NCBI GenBank assembly: GCA_963849325.1
Contig: CAWKHF010000012.1
Location: 832,001-896,000, forward strand
From: an uncultured Planctomycetota bacterium
GTDB lineage: Bacteria > Planctomycetota > Planctomycetia > Gemmatales > Gemmataceae
DNA length: 64,000 bases
Direction: 5' to 3'
This document shows positions 1 to 7,822 of this stretch, piece by piece (position 1 is the stretch's first letter; each line of letters starts with the position of its first letter). The notes beneath the pieces are model-generated. The model was given only the letters and a program-made list of their open reading frames with translations, was not told the origin of the DNA and searched no databases. The position numbers were made by a program, and so were the translations under genes.

Positions 1-297
1 ATTTTTCCTTGAGGATAGGGGCGACGTCGTTGATGAAGCTGACCGGCCCTTTCGGCGCCGCGGCTTGCGCGGGCTGAGCAGCCAGCAGCATCAACATGGC
101 CAGCACCGCACCCAGCGCGGCGCACAGAACGCAGAAGCAACGATGAGGTCGATACATGAGCGGCAAGCTCCGAGGTAGGAGTCCAGGCAAGGAAATTCGG
201 CGGGTCCAACGGCACCATTATAGCGGGCCGACCCGCTGAGTGCGAGAAAAAAATGTCCCGGTTTCGCCGACGGCGGCAAACCACGCAGCCCTCGGCG

Positions 298-325
298 TTG
301 CCTCGGACAAGCGTGCAGGTATAAT
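298..325 (+). promoter_or_regulatory. sigma70-like promoter of tRNA-Arg
   Basis: TTGCCT-N16-TATAAT, 17 nt upstream of the tRNA. Confidence 0.55.
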
Positions 326-342
326 GATCGGGAGATGGCGTT

Positions 343-416
343 GTCCCCGTAGCTCAATTGGATAGAGCGTCGGCCTCCGGAGCCGAAGGTTACAGGTTCG
401 ACTCCTGTCGGGGATA
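343..416 (+). tRNA. tRNA-Arg(CCG), canonical stand-alone copy
   Basis: Cloverleaf: acceptor GTCCCCG/CGGGGAT, anticodon arm TCGGC-CTCCGGA-GCCGA, T-arm ACAGG-TTCGACT-CCTGT; CCA not encoded. Confidence 0.95.
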
Positions 417-510
417 CTGAAAAACCGCTTCCGACGACCGAACGGGACCGGCTGTCAGGAGCTTCGGGCAAGGCGAATATCCCCCGAAGTTCTTGGAACC
501 TAGGGTACCC

Positions 511-933
511 ATGCCAGCAATGGAGATCAGAAAGGTATCCGAGCCCGAGTTGCCGCAGGCGTTCGCCGTTTTACGGGAACTACGGGACCATCTCGACTTG
601 CTGACGTTCTCGGCGCGTCTGCGACGTCAGTCTGAACACGGCTATTGCCTCTATGGGGCCTTTCAAGGTACCTCCCTTGTCGGTTTAATCGGCATGCGTC
701 CCGTGGAGACGATGGCTCGTGGTAAACACCTTCACGTCGATGACCTGGTTGCAACCGCAAGCCGGCGCGGGGAGGGGATCGGTACGAAGTTGCTGGCCTT
801 CGCCGAGCACTACGCATCAAACAATGAACTTACCTCGGTGTTCTTGGATAGCCGGCCAGAAGTAATCGGCTTCTACGAGGAACTCGGTTACTCCCCTCAC
901 ACGGCGGTGTTGATGCGGAAGAAACTGCCATAA
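511..933 (+). CDS. GNAT family N-acetyltransferase
   Basis: HVDDLVA..RRGEGIGTKLL acetyl-CoA motif A; FYEELGY. Confidence 0.9.
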   Translation: MPAMEIRKVSEPELPQAFAVLRELRDHLDLLTFSARLRRQSEHGYCLYGAFQGTSLVGLIGMRPVETMARGKHLHVDDLVATASRRGEGIGTKLLAFAEHYASNNELTSVFLDSRPEVIGFYEELGYSPHTAVLMRKKLP

Positions 934-1195
934 CCAGCAGACGACACGCCGAAGCCGAGACCATCAACCGATGCAGCTTCACGCCACCAACGCCGAGGTG
1001 ACGGCGCTCCCGCGTCCCATTGCCCTGAGCGGGCCGCACCGCGGGGGACATGTTCTGCAGGCAAATCTCGACAACGCTCGCCTCCACCAAGTCGGAAAAA
1101 ACACCCGCCGAAGAAAGTCTTTTGAGAATTTGCCCGTAGATGGAAAGTAACCTAGACTCTCAAAAGAAAAGACCAGCGCAAGAGGAAAGAGGCAG

Positions 1196-1777
1196 ATGAG
1201 ACGCCATTTCTGCGAAGAAAGCGGCGCGAAGGTTCGCCGGCGGGGCGTGGCGGCGGTGGAATTCGCCCTTTGCTTGCCGCTGATCGTGCTGCTCATGCTC
1301 GGGGTCTGGGAGGTCGGCCGCATCGCCCAGGTGGCCAACATCCTCTCGAATGGTGCCCGCGAAGCCGCGCGCGACGCCTCCCTGGGACAGGACAATCTTC
1401 AGACCATTGCTTCCAATCAGCTCACCTACCTCCAGGGCGCGCTGTCGGGGGCATTCGGCCAGGGTCATTCAACCAGCATGCAGGCGCCGACGATCTCCTT
1501 GCCCGCGAACACCACCGGATACACCTGCTGGGACAATACCGCCAACCAGGAGCTGTTCACCATCACGTTCACGGACCTCACCACGCCCAGCGTCACCGAC
1601 CCGACGGCGATGCAGCAGCTCGATCACTATCAGATTGGCCTGCAGGTTCCGTATGCCAGTATCGGTTGGAATTCCCTGGCTCAGATTACGTCCGTTACCC
1701 GGATTTCCGTTGTCGTGGATTGGGTCTCCATGCGCGACGCCCCCTTCCAGATTTCGCCGGCGCTACCGGCCCAGTAA
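1196..1777 (+). CDS. tadE: TadE/TadG-like pseudopilin
   Basis: RRG-VAAVEFAL prepilin cleavage motif, hydrophobic helix, AREAAR. Confidence 0.85.
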   Translation: MRRHFCEESGAKVRRRGVAAVEFALCLPLIVLLMLGVWEVGRIAQVANILSNGAREAARDASLGQDNLQTIASNQLTYLQGALSGAFGQGHSTSMQAPTISLPANTTGYTCWDNTANQELFTITFTDLTTPSVTDPTAMQQLDHYQIGLQVPYASIGWNSLAQITSVTRISVVVDWVSMRDAPFQISPALPAQ

Positions 1778-1807
1778 CCTCTCCCGTGGACGCGAGGAGA
1801 ACAAGTC

Positions 1808-2257
1808 ATGGTTCGCGCACAGGCTTGCGGAAACCGACGCCGAGGCGCCACAGCGGTTGAGACCGCCGTGGTCCTGATTCCGCTGTTAATGTTTCTCTTT
1901 GGCATTTTTGAGTACGGCCGGTTCTTGATGGACTGGAACCTGCTCGATAATGCCACTCGGGAAGGCTGTCGATATGCCTTGGCGAACAACACGAATACCT
2001 CGATCAACGCGAATGTTCAAGCGGTCGTCACCTCTTACATGGCGGGGAGAGACGCGAGTTTCAGTAACTTCACCGTGACCGTCAGCGGGACGCACTCGGG
2101 CGTCTCCACTGCGGTCAACAGTTTAGCTCCCGGCGATCCGATCACCGTTACGGTCTCGGGGCAGTATCGGTTCATGAACATTATTCCGGTGATCTCCATG
2201 CCGAGCTTCGTTTCCTTGAGCAGTTCATCCACGATGATTTGCGAGGGAGGGACCTGA
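1808..2257 (+). CDS. tadE: TadE-like pseudopilin
   Basis: RRG-ATAVETA..FGIFEYG..ATREGCRYA. Confidence 0.88.
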   Translation: MVRAQACGNRRRGATAVETAVVLIPLLMFLFGIFEYGRFLMDWNLLDNATREGCRYALANNTNTSINANVQAVVTSYMAGRDASFSNFTVTVSGTHSGVSTAVNSLAPGDPITVTVSGQYRFMNIIPVISMPSFVSLSSSSTMICEGGT

Positions 2258-2383
2258 CAAATTTCTTGGGAGTCTTACGCTGCGGTGCCGGTACGGAAGG
2301 CCTTACCTTGCTGACTCCGCTGGCTAATCTCCCTTTGATCCTTTTGGAGTTTACAGCGCAGCCTGATGCGCGGAGAAGCGAAT

Positions 2384-5300
2384 ATGATGATTTCCAAACG
2401 GCCGTCCATTGCCCGATCCACTTGTCGCCGAGGGTCCGTCCTGCCCTTGCTGGCCCTTGCCCTCGTGGCCCTGATTGGCTGTGTGGCCCTGGCTGTCGAC
2501 GTGGCGATAATGACCATCGCCAAATCGCAGATCCAAAACGCCGCCGACGTAGCCGCGCTCACCGCCGCGCGCACGCTGACCGGAAATTCGGCAAGCAATT
2601 ATAATGAGAGCTCCGCCACGACGAACGCGCAGAACGCCGCCAGTTACAACCACGTCTTGGGTCAGTCGATTCAAACGTCGCAGCTCCAGCTATCCTACGG
2701 CACCTACGACTACGACCAGACCGCGCAGACCTTCAACGCCAATTTCCCACCGACGAGCGGCATGCCGCTGACCGCCGTTTCCGCGACCGTCACCTCGAGC
2801 AGTTTATCGGCCGCCTTTAGCACCGTCTTCGGAATCCAATTTCTCCCCAATGTCACCGCCACGGCCACGGCGGTCCATCGGCCGCGCGACATCGCCCTGG
2901 TCATGGATCTGTCCGGCTCGATGCGCATGGGCACCTGCCTCGGCTACGACTTTTATACCAGCTCACGCACCACGAACAACCCCGATACCCTCTACCCGAC
3001 ATTCGGACAGTATTCGTCCGGCAGCGCCGGCATGCAAGGCCCCAGCACCAATCAAACGTCCAGCTTCGATAACTACACGATCTCCCCGAGTAATACCACC
3101 GCTGCCAATTCCTCGTATTCCTTGACCTATGTGAACAACTTCTATCAAAACGCGGCCTATGCGAACACCTTGGTCCGCGCATTTGATTCGTATACCAGCA
3201 CGGACGGCGGGGTTACCTGGACCGCCCCCACTTCGGGGAGTCCGCAGCTGCCTCCCACCACGTACGCCTCGAAGCCGGGGGGAGACGTGCCTCTTTACAA
3301 GAATGGCAGCACGACGACTTATGCCACGAATGTCAACGACGTTGTGAACGGGACCACGCGGAACAAGTGGTGGGAGCTGGACGGTTACTCCGGTTGCACG
3401 AACGGTTCGTTCAACAATGCGGACCTGGGGACCAGTACCTACGCGAGCGGTTCCTTTAACGCTTATACGCAGGGTCCCGCCTACTACGGCAAGACCTTCT
3501 TCACCTGGCCCCCCGACCCGCGCCAGCCACTGACCACGGCGAACAACTCCACCCAGATCAATCAGTTCTTGCAAGATTTCGGCTACAGCACCAGCACGGA
3601 TTTCGCCAATGCCGCCTTCACGACCACGCTGGCGCAGAAAATATCGTCAACGAATAAAACCTCTATCTCGATCAATTCCGCGACACCTTTCCCGGTAAGC
3701 GGTCTTCCGACAACGTCGTTTCGTATTCTTGTCGGTTCGGAAGTCATGCTGGTAACGGCCGCATCGGGACCAGGGAACAAGACCTGGACCGTACAAAGGG
3801 GCATGGACGGGACCACAGCATCAACATACCCTGCGAACACGACGACGGTCAGTCTGTTGACCGGGCCACCCCTGTACGGGATCTATGGAGTCACCACGAC
3901 TTCGGGCAGCCAAAACTGGCCCTGGCCCAATGACAGTGGCACCACACTCAGCAATTACTTGACCAGCAAGGTATACGTGCCCGTTTCTTCCGGCGCTACC
4001 GCCCGTTTGCTCCAAACCACGGATGCGGTTTATCAGAAGATCATGCGCCTTTACAACTGGAACTACGTGGTCGATAACTACAACTCGGCGGGGAGCGGGA
4101 GCAGTTACCCCGGCACCACTCCCTGCGATTGGCGCATGCGCTTCTTCGGCACCAACGACAATACCAAGCTATTCAACTCTTCCGGGTTGTTGAACTTGCC
4201 GAGCAGTTCCACCTACACGATTAATTACAATGAGATCCTGCGCTGGATCGCCACCACGCCGAACCCCTTCCCGCAGCAGATGCGGGCGGGCCGCGTTAAG
4301 TTTTATGGATCCATCCCGACCCAGATCACGGGCAGTTGGCCCAGCTACGGCAGTACGGACCAGCAGTTCTGGAAAGAATTCATTGACTACGCGCTCGGCC
4401 TCCGGCAAACGAGCGCGACCAGCTACCAGGACATCAGCGCCATGGCCGGCTACGGCAGCGATTTCACCTGGGGAACTACGAAAACCAATTCTCCTCCTTC
4501 TGCCACGCAATACATGAATTATTCGGACAATCCTGCCCGCCCGCGGCTCCGCTTCTGGTTCGGTCCCATGAACATGGTCGATTATCTGCATAATTACAAT
4601 ATGGAGGAAAACGTCTCCGGCTATTATTTCCTTCAGCCAGGGGATACTTACGAGGCTCCGGTCTACACGGCCAAACAGGCCTACCTGGCCTCGATCAGCA
4701 CGATGCAGACCAACCATCCCAACGACTGGTTCACTACCGTTTGTTACAGCTGGCCTCGCGGTTCGTCGAATGGGACCGTGGCATCGAATATGGGTCAGGG
4801 GCGCTTCAATTGCGTGCGGTCCCCGCTCGGGCCAAATTACAGCTATGCCAGCGCCGCTCTCGTTTTCCCATTCTCCACCATCAACGCCGATGGTTCCGCC
4901 AATAGTACCGAGATCACTCCCTACGATACCGATCCTGCCACGAGCCAGGTTCCTTCGGCCAACTTCGTGGACACACCGCGCGCAGACGGAGATACCTGCT
5001 TCGCCATGTCGCTCATGCTCGCTTACAACCAGTTCGCCACCACGTCGCCCTCGGATGGCACCTTACGCTCCTTCGTCACGTCCACCCCCATCACTTTCCC
5101 GACGGGCATGGCGGGAGGAATGGGGCGCAAAGGAGCCCAGAAGGTCATCATCTTTGAAACGGATGGCCTGGCGAATACCTCCGCGACGGCCTCTCTGGTG
5201 AACATGGGATCGTACAAGTATTACAAGATCCGCTATGACATGAATAAGCCGAGCTCCAGCGAATACCCGACGGTCGGCGTATCCGTCATCAATGACTCCA

Positions 5301-5599
5301 ATGTCTTGAATCAGATTAATACCCTGGTCCAACAGCTCGCGAGCGATTACGGCACTTCGAGGAACCCCTTTCGGTTGTACGCCGTCGGATTCGGCCCTGT
5401 GTTCCAGGGTCCAAACGCCAGCTCGGCGTCGCAAACATTGCAAAACATGCAGTATTATGCCGGCACTCAGAGCAGTCCTTCCACAGCCTTGCCGCCCGCT
5501 CAAATCATTACGGGAACGGACTCCCAGATGTCGGCGAACATGAACACCACCTTCACGAACATCTTACAAAATGGAGTGCAAATCGCCCTGACCAAGTGA
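2384..5599 (+). CDS. Large TadG-like pilus-associated protein with split vWA domain
   Basis: N-terminal RRGSVL..LAVD..QNAADVAALTAAR Tad motif; MIDAS-like DLSGSM and distal KVIIFETDG; S/T/N-rich. Confidence 0.8.
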   Translation: MMISKRPSIARSTCRRGSVLPLLALALVALIGCVALAVDVAIMTIAKSQIQNAADVAALTAARTLTGNSASNYNESSATTNAQNAASYNHVLGQSIQTSQLQLSYGTYDYDQTAQTFNANFPPTSGMPLTAVSATVTSSSLSAAFSTVFGIQFLPNVTATATAVHRPRDIALVMDLSGSMRMGTCLGYDFYTSSRTTNNPDTLYPTFGQYSSGSAGMQGPSTNQTSSFDNYTISPSNTTAANSSYSLTYVNNFYQNAAYANTLVRAFDSYTSTDGGVTWTAPTSGSPQLPPTTYASKPGGDVPLYKNGSTTTYATNVNDVVNGTTRNKWWELDGYSGCTNGSFNNADLGTSTYASGSFNAYTQGPAYYGKTFFTWPPDPRQPLTTANNSTQINQFLQDFGYSTSTDFANAAFTTTLAQKISSTNKTSISINSATPFPVSGLPTTSFRILVGSEVMLVTAASGPGNKTWTVQRGMDGTTASTYPANTTTVSLLTGPPLYGIYGVTTTSGSQNWPWPNDSGTTLSNYLTSKVYVPVSSGATARLLQTTDAVYQKIMRLYNWNYVVDNYNSAGSGSSYPGTTPCDWRMRFFGTNDNTKLFNSSGLLNLPSSSTYTINYNEILRWIATTPNPFPQQMRAGRVKFYGSIPTQITGSWPSYGSTDQQFWKEFIDYALGLRQTSATSYQDISAMAGYGSDFTWGTTKTNSPPSATQYMNYSDNPARPRLRFWFGPMNMVDYLHNYNMEENVSGYYFLQPGDTYEAPVYTAKQAYLASISTMQTNHPNDWFTTVCYSWPRGSSNGTVASNMGQGRFNCVRSPLGPNYSYASAALVFPFSTINADGSANSTEITPYDTDPATSQVPSANFVDTPRADGDTCFAMSLMLAYNQFATTSPSDGTLRSFVTSTPITFPTGMAGGMGRKGAQKVIIFETDGLANTSATASLVNMGSYKYYKIRYDMNKPSSSEYPTVGVSVINDSNVLNQINTLVQQLASDYGTSRNPFRLYAVGFGPVFQGPNASSASQTLQNMQYYAGTQSSPSTALPPAQIITGTDSQMSANMNTTFTNILQNGVQIALTK

Positions 5600-5631
5600 C
5601 GCGGGTCGTGATGACCGTGCCGAATCGCTCA

Positions 5632-6405
5632 TCACGGCTTCGTGGAGACGTGGCCGTCGATCGCCTGCAACACCTCGTCCGGCGAGAGCCGGGCGATCAC
5701 CTCGGGGGAACGATACAGCCAGCGCACGGTGCCGTCCTGGTCCACGAGGATCGTCGTTGGCGCGTCGGTATCGCCCCCATCGGGTGCCGAATGCGGATGA
5801 ATGACTCCCGCCGCCTCGGACAGACCGCGCTGCTCATCGGCGAGCACGAGCAGGTGCGGGAAGTCCGCCTGTGTCTTCCCGGCGTCCTCGAGTCCTTCCA
5901 CGGAAACCACCAGGACGCGGACGTTCCGCTGGGCGAAGTCTTCGTGCCGACGTTCGAGCTGACCTAGCTCGATCATGCAAAAGGGTCACCAGCGGCCGCG
6001 GAAGAAGACCAGCACGCTGTTCTGCTCGCCGATCAGGTTTTGCTGCGTGAACGGGGTGCCGTCCGCCCGCGCCGACGCGAATGGGGGAAAGGGCTGCCCA
6101 ACAACGATCGGCCCTGTGTACGCCGGCAGTCTCGCCGCTAGCAGGAACGTCCACGCGGCGCCGGCAAGCAGCGTCACCAAGACGAGGGCAAGTACACGCC
6201 AGACGGAACGCCTCTGCCAGAGCGAGACGACCACGAAAACCAGGCCGACGGTTGCCATGATCGGCACGTACCAGGGTGCCGTCAGGCGCTGCGCCTGGAT
6301 TTGAAGGACGTAGCCGATTACACCCAGGGCGGCCAAAGTGAGGCCCAGGGCCAGGAAGAGGCGGCCGGGCGAGCGACGCGGTGCGACAGCGGATGAAGTA
6401 GTCAT
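5632..6405 (-). CDS. Membrane-anchored AhpC/TSA (peroxiredoxin-like) protein, probable selenoprotein with UxxC
   Basis: ORFs 5986-6405 and 5632-5976 are in frame across TGA(5988-5986): FFRGRW-TGA-PFC-MIELGQL; downstream PTTILVDQDGTVRW. Confidence 0.85.
5954..5972 (-). promoter_or_regulatory. Candidate bacterial SECIS hairpin
   Basis: TCGAGCT-AGGTC-AGCTCGA begins 13 nt after the in-frame TGA. Confidence 0.6.
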
Positions 6406-6476
6406 GTCGTCATTCTATGACAGGGGCGGTTGGCGAGGGAGGCCGCACATCCGCTGCGTCCCAGGGTGGAAGGAAG

Positions 6477-6548
6477 AGTGTCCGGCGGGAGTCGCACCCG
6501 CCTATCCGACGCGGCAGGTCGGTGCCTCGGCTGCTCGGCCACGGACAC
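6477..6548 (-). tRNA. tRNA-Gly(GCC), array
   Basis: Acceptor GTGTCCG/CGGACAC, anticodon arm CCGAC-CTGCCGC-GTCGG; variant T-loop TGCGACT. Confidence 0.8.
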
Positions 6549-6553
6549 AAGAG

Positions 6554-6623
6554 CAAGGACGGAAGGAGTCGAACCCTCGGCGCCTGTTTTGGAGGCAGGC
6601 TGCTCACCCAGGAGCACGCCCTT
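6554..6623 (-). tRNA. tRNA-Trp(CCA), array
   Basis: Anticodon loop CTCCAAA, T-arm GAGGG-TTCGACT-CCTTC. Confidence 0.8.
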
Positions 6624-6633
6624 GTCGAACCAG

Positions 6634-6706
6634 CTGCCCCGGCAGGACTCGAACCTGCAACCGTCTCGTTAACAGCGAGCCGCTCTACCGTTTGAGCTAC
6701 AAGGCA
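6634..6706 (-). tRNA. tRNA-Asn(GTT), array
   Basis: TAGCTCAAACGGTAGAGC D-arm, loop CTGTTAA, GCAGG-TTCGAGT-CCTGC. Confidence 0.92.
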
Positions 6707-6726
6707 AGCAGACAGAAATGCCTCAG

Positions 6727-6799
6727 AGACGCCGGCAGGAGTCGAACCTGCTTCGATGTCGGGTTGCGGCCGACCGCCTGGCCGTCCGGCCCCGGCGTC
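6727..6799 (-). tRNA. tRNA-Cys(GCA), array
   Basis: GACGCCG/CGGCGTC acceptor, GTCGG-CCGCAAC-CCGAC, U73 discriminator. Confidence 0.82.
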
Positions 6800-6811
6800 A
6801 TAACAGACAAG

Positions 6812-6884
6812 GGCCGGCGGTGGGACTCGAACCCACTTGGTCCGCGTTACGAAGGCGGTGCCCGGCCCGTCGAGCATCGCCGGC
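6812..6884 (-). tRNA. tRNA-Thr(CGT), array
   Basis: GCCGGCG/CGCCGGC acceptor, loop TTCGTAA, GTGGG-TTCGAGT-CCCAC. Confidence 0.8.
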
Positions 6885-6892
6885 TTTGGTCA

Positions 6893-6963
6893 GCAGCCAG
6901 TGCTGGTGTCGAGCCAACTGGACCGAGGTTCAGAGCCTCCGTCCCCTGCCGAGGGCCTGGCTG
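6893..6963 (-). tRNA. Degenerate tRNA-Gln(CTG), array
   Basis: CAGCCAG/CTGGCTG acceptor, GAGG-CTCTGAA-CCTC, short D-arm, T-loop CTCGACA. Confidence 0.6.
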
Positions 6964-6972
6964 ACGTGCGAG

Positions 6973-7045
6973 GGTGGCCGGCGGGAGTCGAACCCGCACA
7001 ACCCCGGTTCACAGCCGGGTCTCGCTGCCGCTTGAGTTCGGCCAC
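6973..7045 (-). tRNA. tRNA-His(GTG), array
   Basis: GTGGCCG/CGGCCAC, CCCGG-CTGTGAA-CCGGG, C73. Confidence 0.88.
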
Positions 7046-7047
7046 AG

Positions 7048-7119
7048 TGCTTCAACCTGGAATCGAACCAGGAACTCGGCCTTCGCAGGACCGCGTGATG
7101 TCCCTTTCACCATCGAAGC
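7048..7119 (-). tRNA. tRNA-Arg(GCG), array
   Basis: CGGTC-CTGCGAA-GGCCG anticodon arm, CCTGG-TTCGATT-CCAGG. Confidence 0.85.
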
Positions 7120-7126
7120 AACACAG

Positions 7127-7198
7127 TACCCCGGCCAGGAATCGAACCTGGACCTGCTCCTTCGGAGGGAGCCATGATGTCCCTTTCACCACCAGGGC
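7127..7198 (-). tRNA. tRNA-Arg(CCG), array
   Basis: GCTCC-CTCCGAA-GGAGC, CCAGG-TTCGATT-CCTGG. Confidence 0.88.
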
Positions 7199-7210
7199 AA
7201 CACGAACCAG

Positions 7211-7293
7211 TGACCAGGGAGGGACTTGAACCCTCACGCCGCGGTGGGCACGGTCTTCTGAGGACCGCGTGTCTGCCATTCCACCACCTGGCC
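7211..7293 (-). tRNA. tRNA-Leu(CAG), array
   Basis: GGTGGAATGGCAGACAC D-arm, loop CTCAGAA, long variable arm. Confidence 0.92.
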
Positions 7294-7305
7294 ATTTACC
7301 AACAG

Positions 7306-7378
7306 TGGACCGTGGAGGGAGTTGAACCCTCATTTGCCGGGTGCAAGCCGACCGTCTTCCCCGTTAGACGACACGCCC
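7306..7378 (-). tRNA. tRNA-Ala(TGC), array
   Basis: GTCGG-CTTGCAC-CCGGC, G3:U70-compatible acceptor with one bulge. Confidence 0.78.
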
Positions 7379-7392
7379 GGGAGAAAAAGCAG

Positions 7393-7465
7393 TGGCCCCG
7401 GTGGGGATCGAACCCACATCGCCCTGTTTAAGAGACAGGTGCTCCGCCAATTGAGCTACAAGGCC
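7393..7465 (-). tRNA. tRNA-Lys(CTT), array
   Basis: TAGCTCAATTGGCGGAGC, CCTGT-CTCTTAA-ACAGG. Confidence 0.92.
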
Positions 7466-7475
7466 ATTCGGGCAG

Positions 7476-7555
7476 CGTGTCGGGCAGGAGTTGAACCTGC
7501 ACAGCGAATGCGGGTGGGTTACAGCCACTTGGGCTCGCCAGTGCCCAGCCGACAC
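7476..7555 (-). tRNA. tRNA-Tyr(GTA), first gene of the array
   Basis: GTGG-CTGTAAC-CCAC, long variable arm, GCAGG-TTCAACT-CCTGC. Confidence 0.85.
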
Positions 7556-7574
7556 GTCTGGTCCGTACATCTTG

Positions 7575-7602
7575 TAGACGTAGGCACCCGGCCGGAGGTT
7601 CA
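7575..7602 (-). promoter_or_regulatory. ECF-sigma-type promoter upstream of the tRNA array
   Basis: TGAACC-N16-CGTCTA about 20 nt before tRNA-Tyr. Confidence 0.6.
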
Positions 7603-7822
7603 CGGATCCAAGCGAGATTTTTCGAGAAGCAACGGGGGCCACATGGGCAAAGTGGCAAAGCGCGTGCGTCTCCATCGGATGTACCGGATAAGCCTGTTGC
7701 GCCGGAGAGGAGTCAATTCCGTCCTTCCTCCATGCCGATAAAGAGTGATGGGCCGCGCGATCTGCCCGCATTGGTCCCGAGACGGGGAAGGCGCGGAAAG
7801 CATCGGCTCGGGAGGGAACGTC

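Noticed and set aside
511-1000. GNAT gene as another integron cassette
   Set aside because: Compact and lower GC, but no convincing attC pairing found downstream
343-6400. Integrative island at tRNA-Arg
   Set aside because: No integrase and no duplicated tRNA 3' end seen in the window
6477-7555. tRNA-Sec or suppressor tRNA in the array explaining the UGA read-through
   Set aside because: No TCA, CTA or TTA anticodon among the 13 genes; Trp has the normal CCA
6338-7771. Numerous ORFs overlapping the tRNA array
   Set aside because: Spurious translations of tRNA genes with no protein motifs
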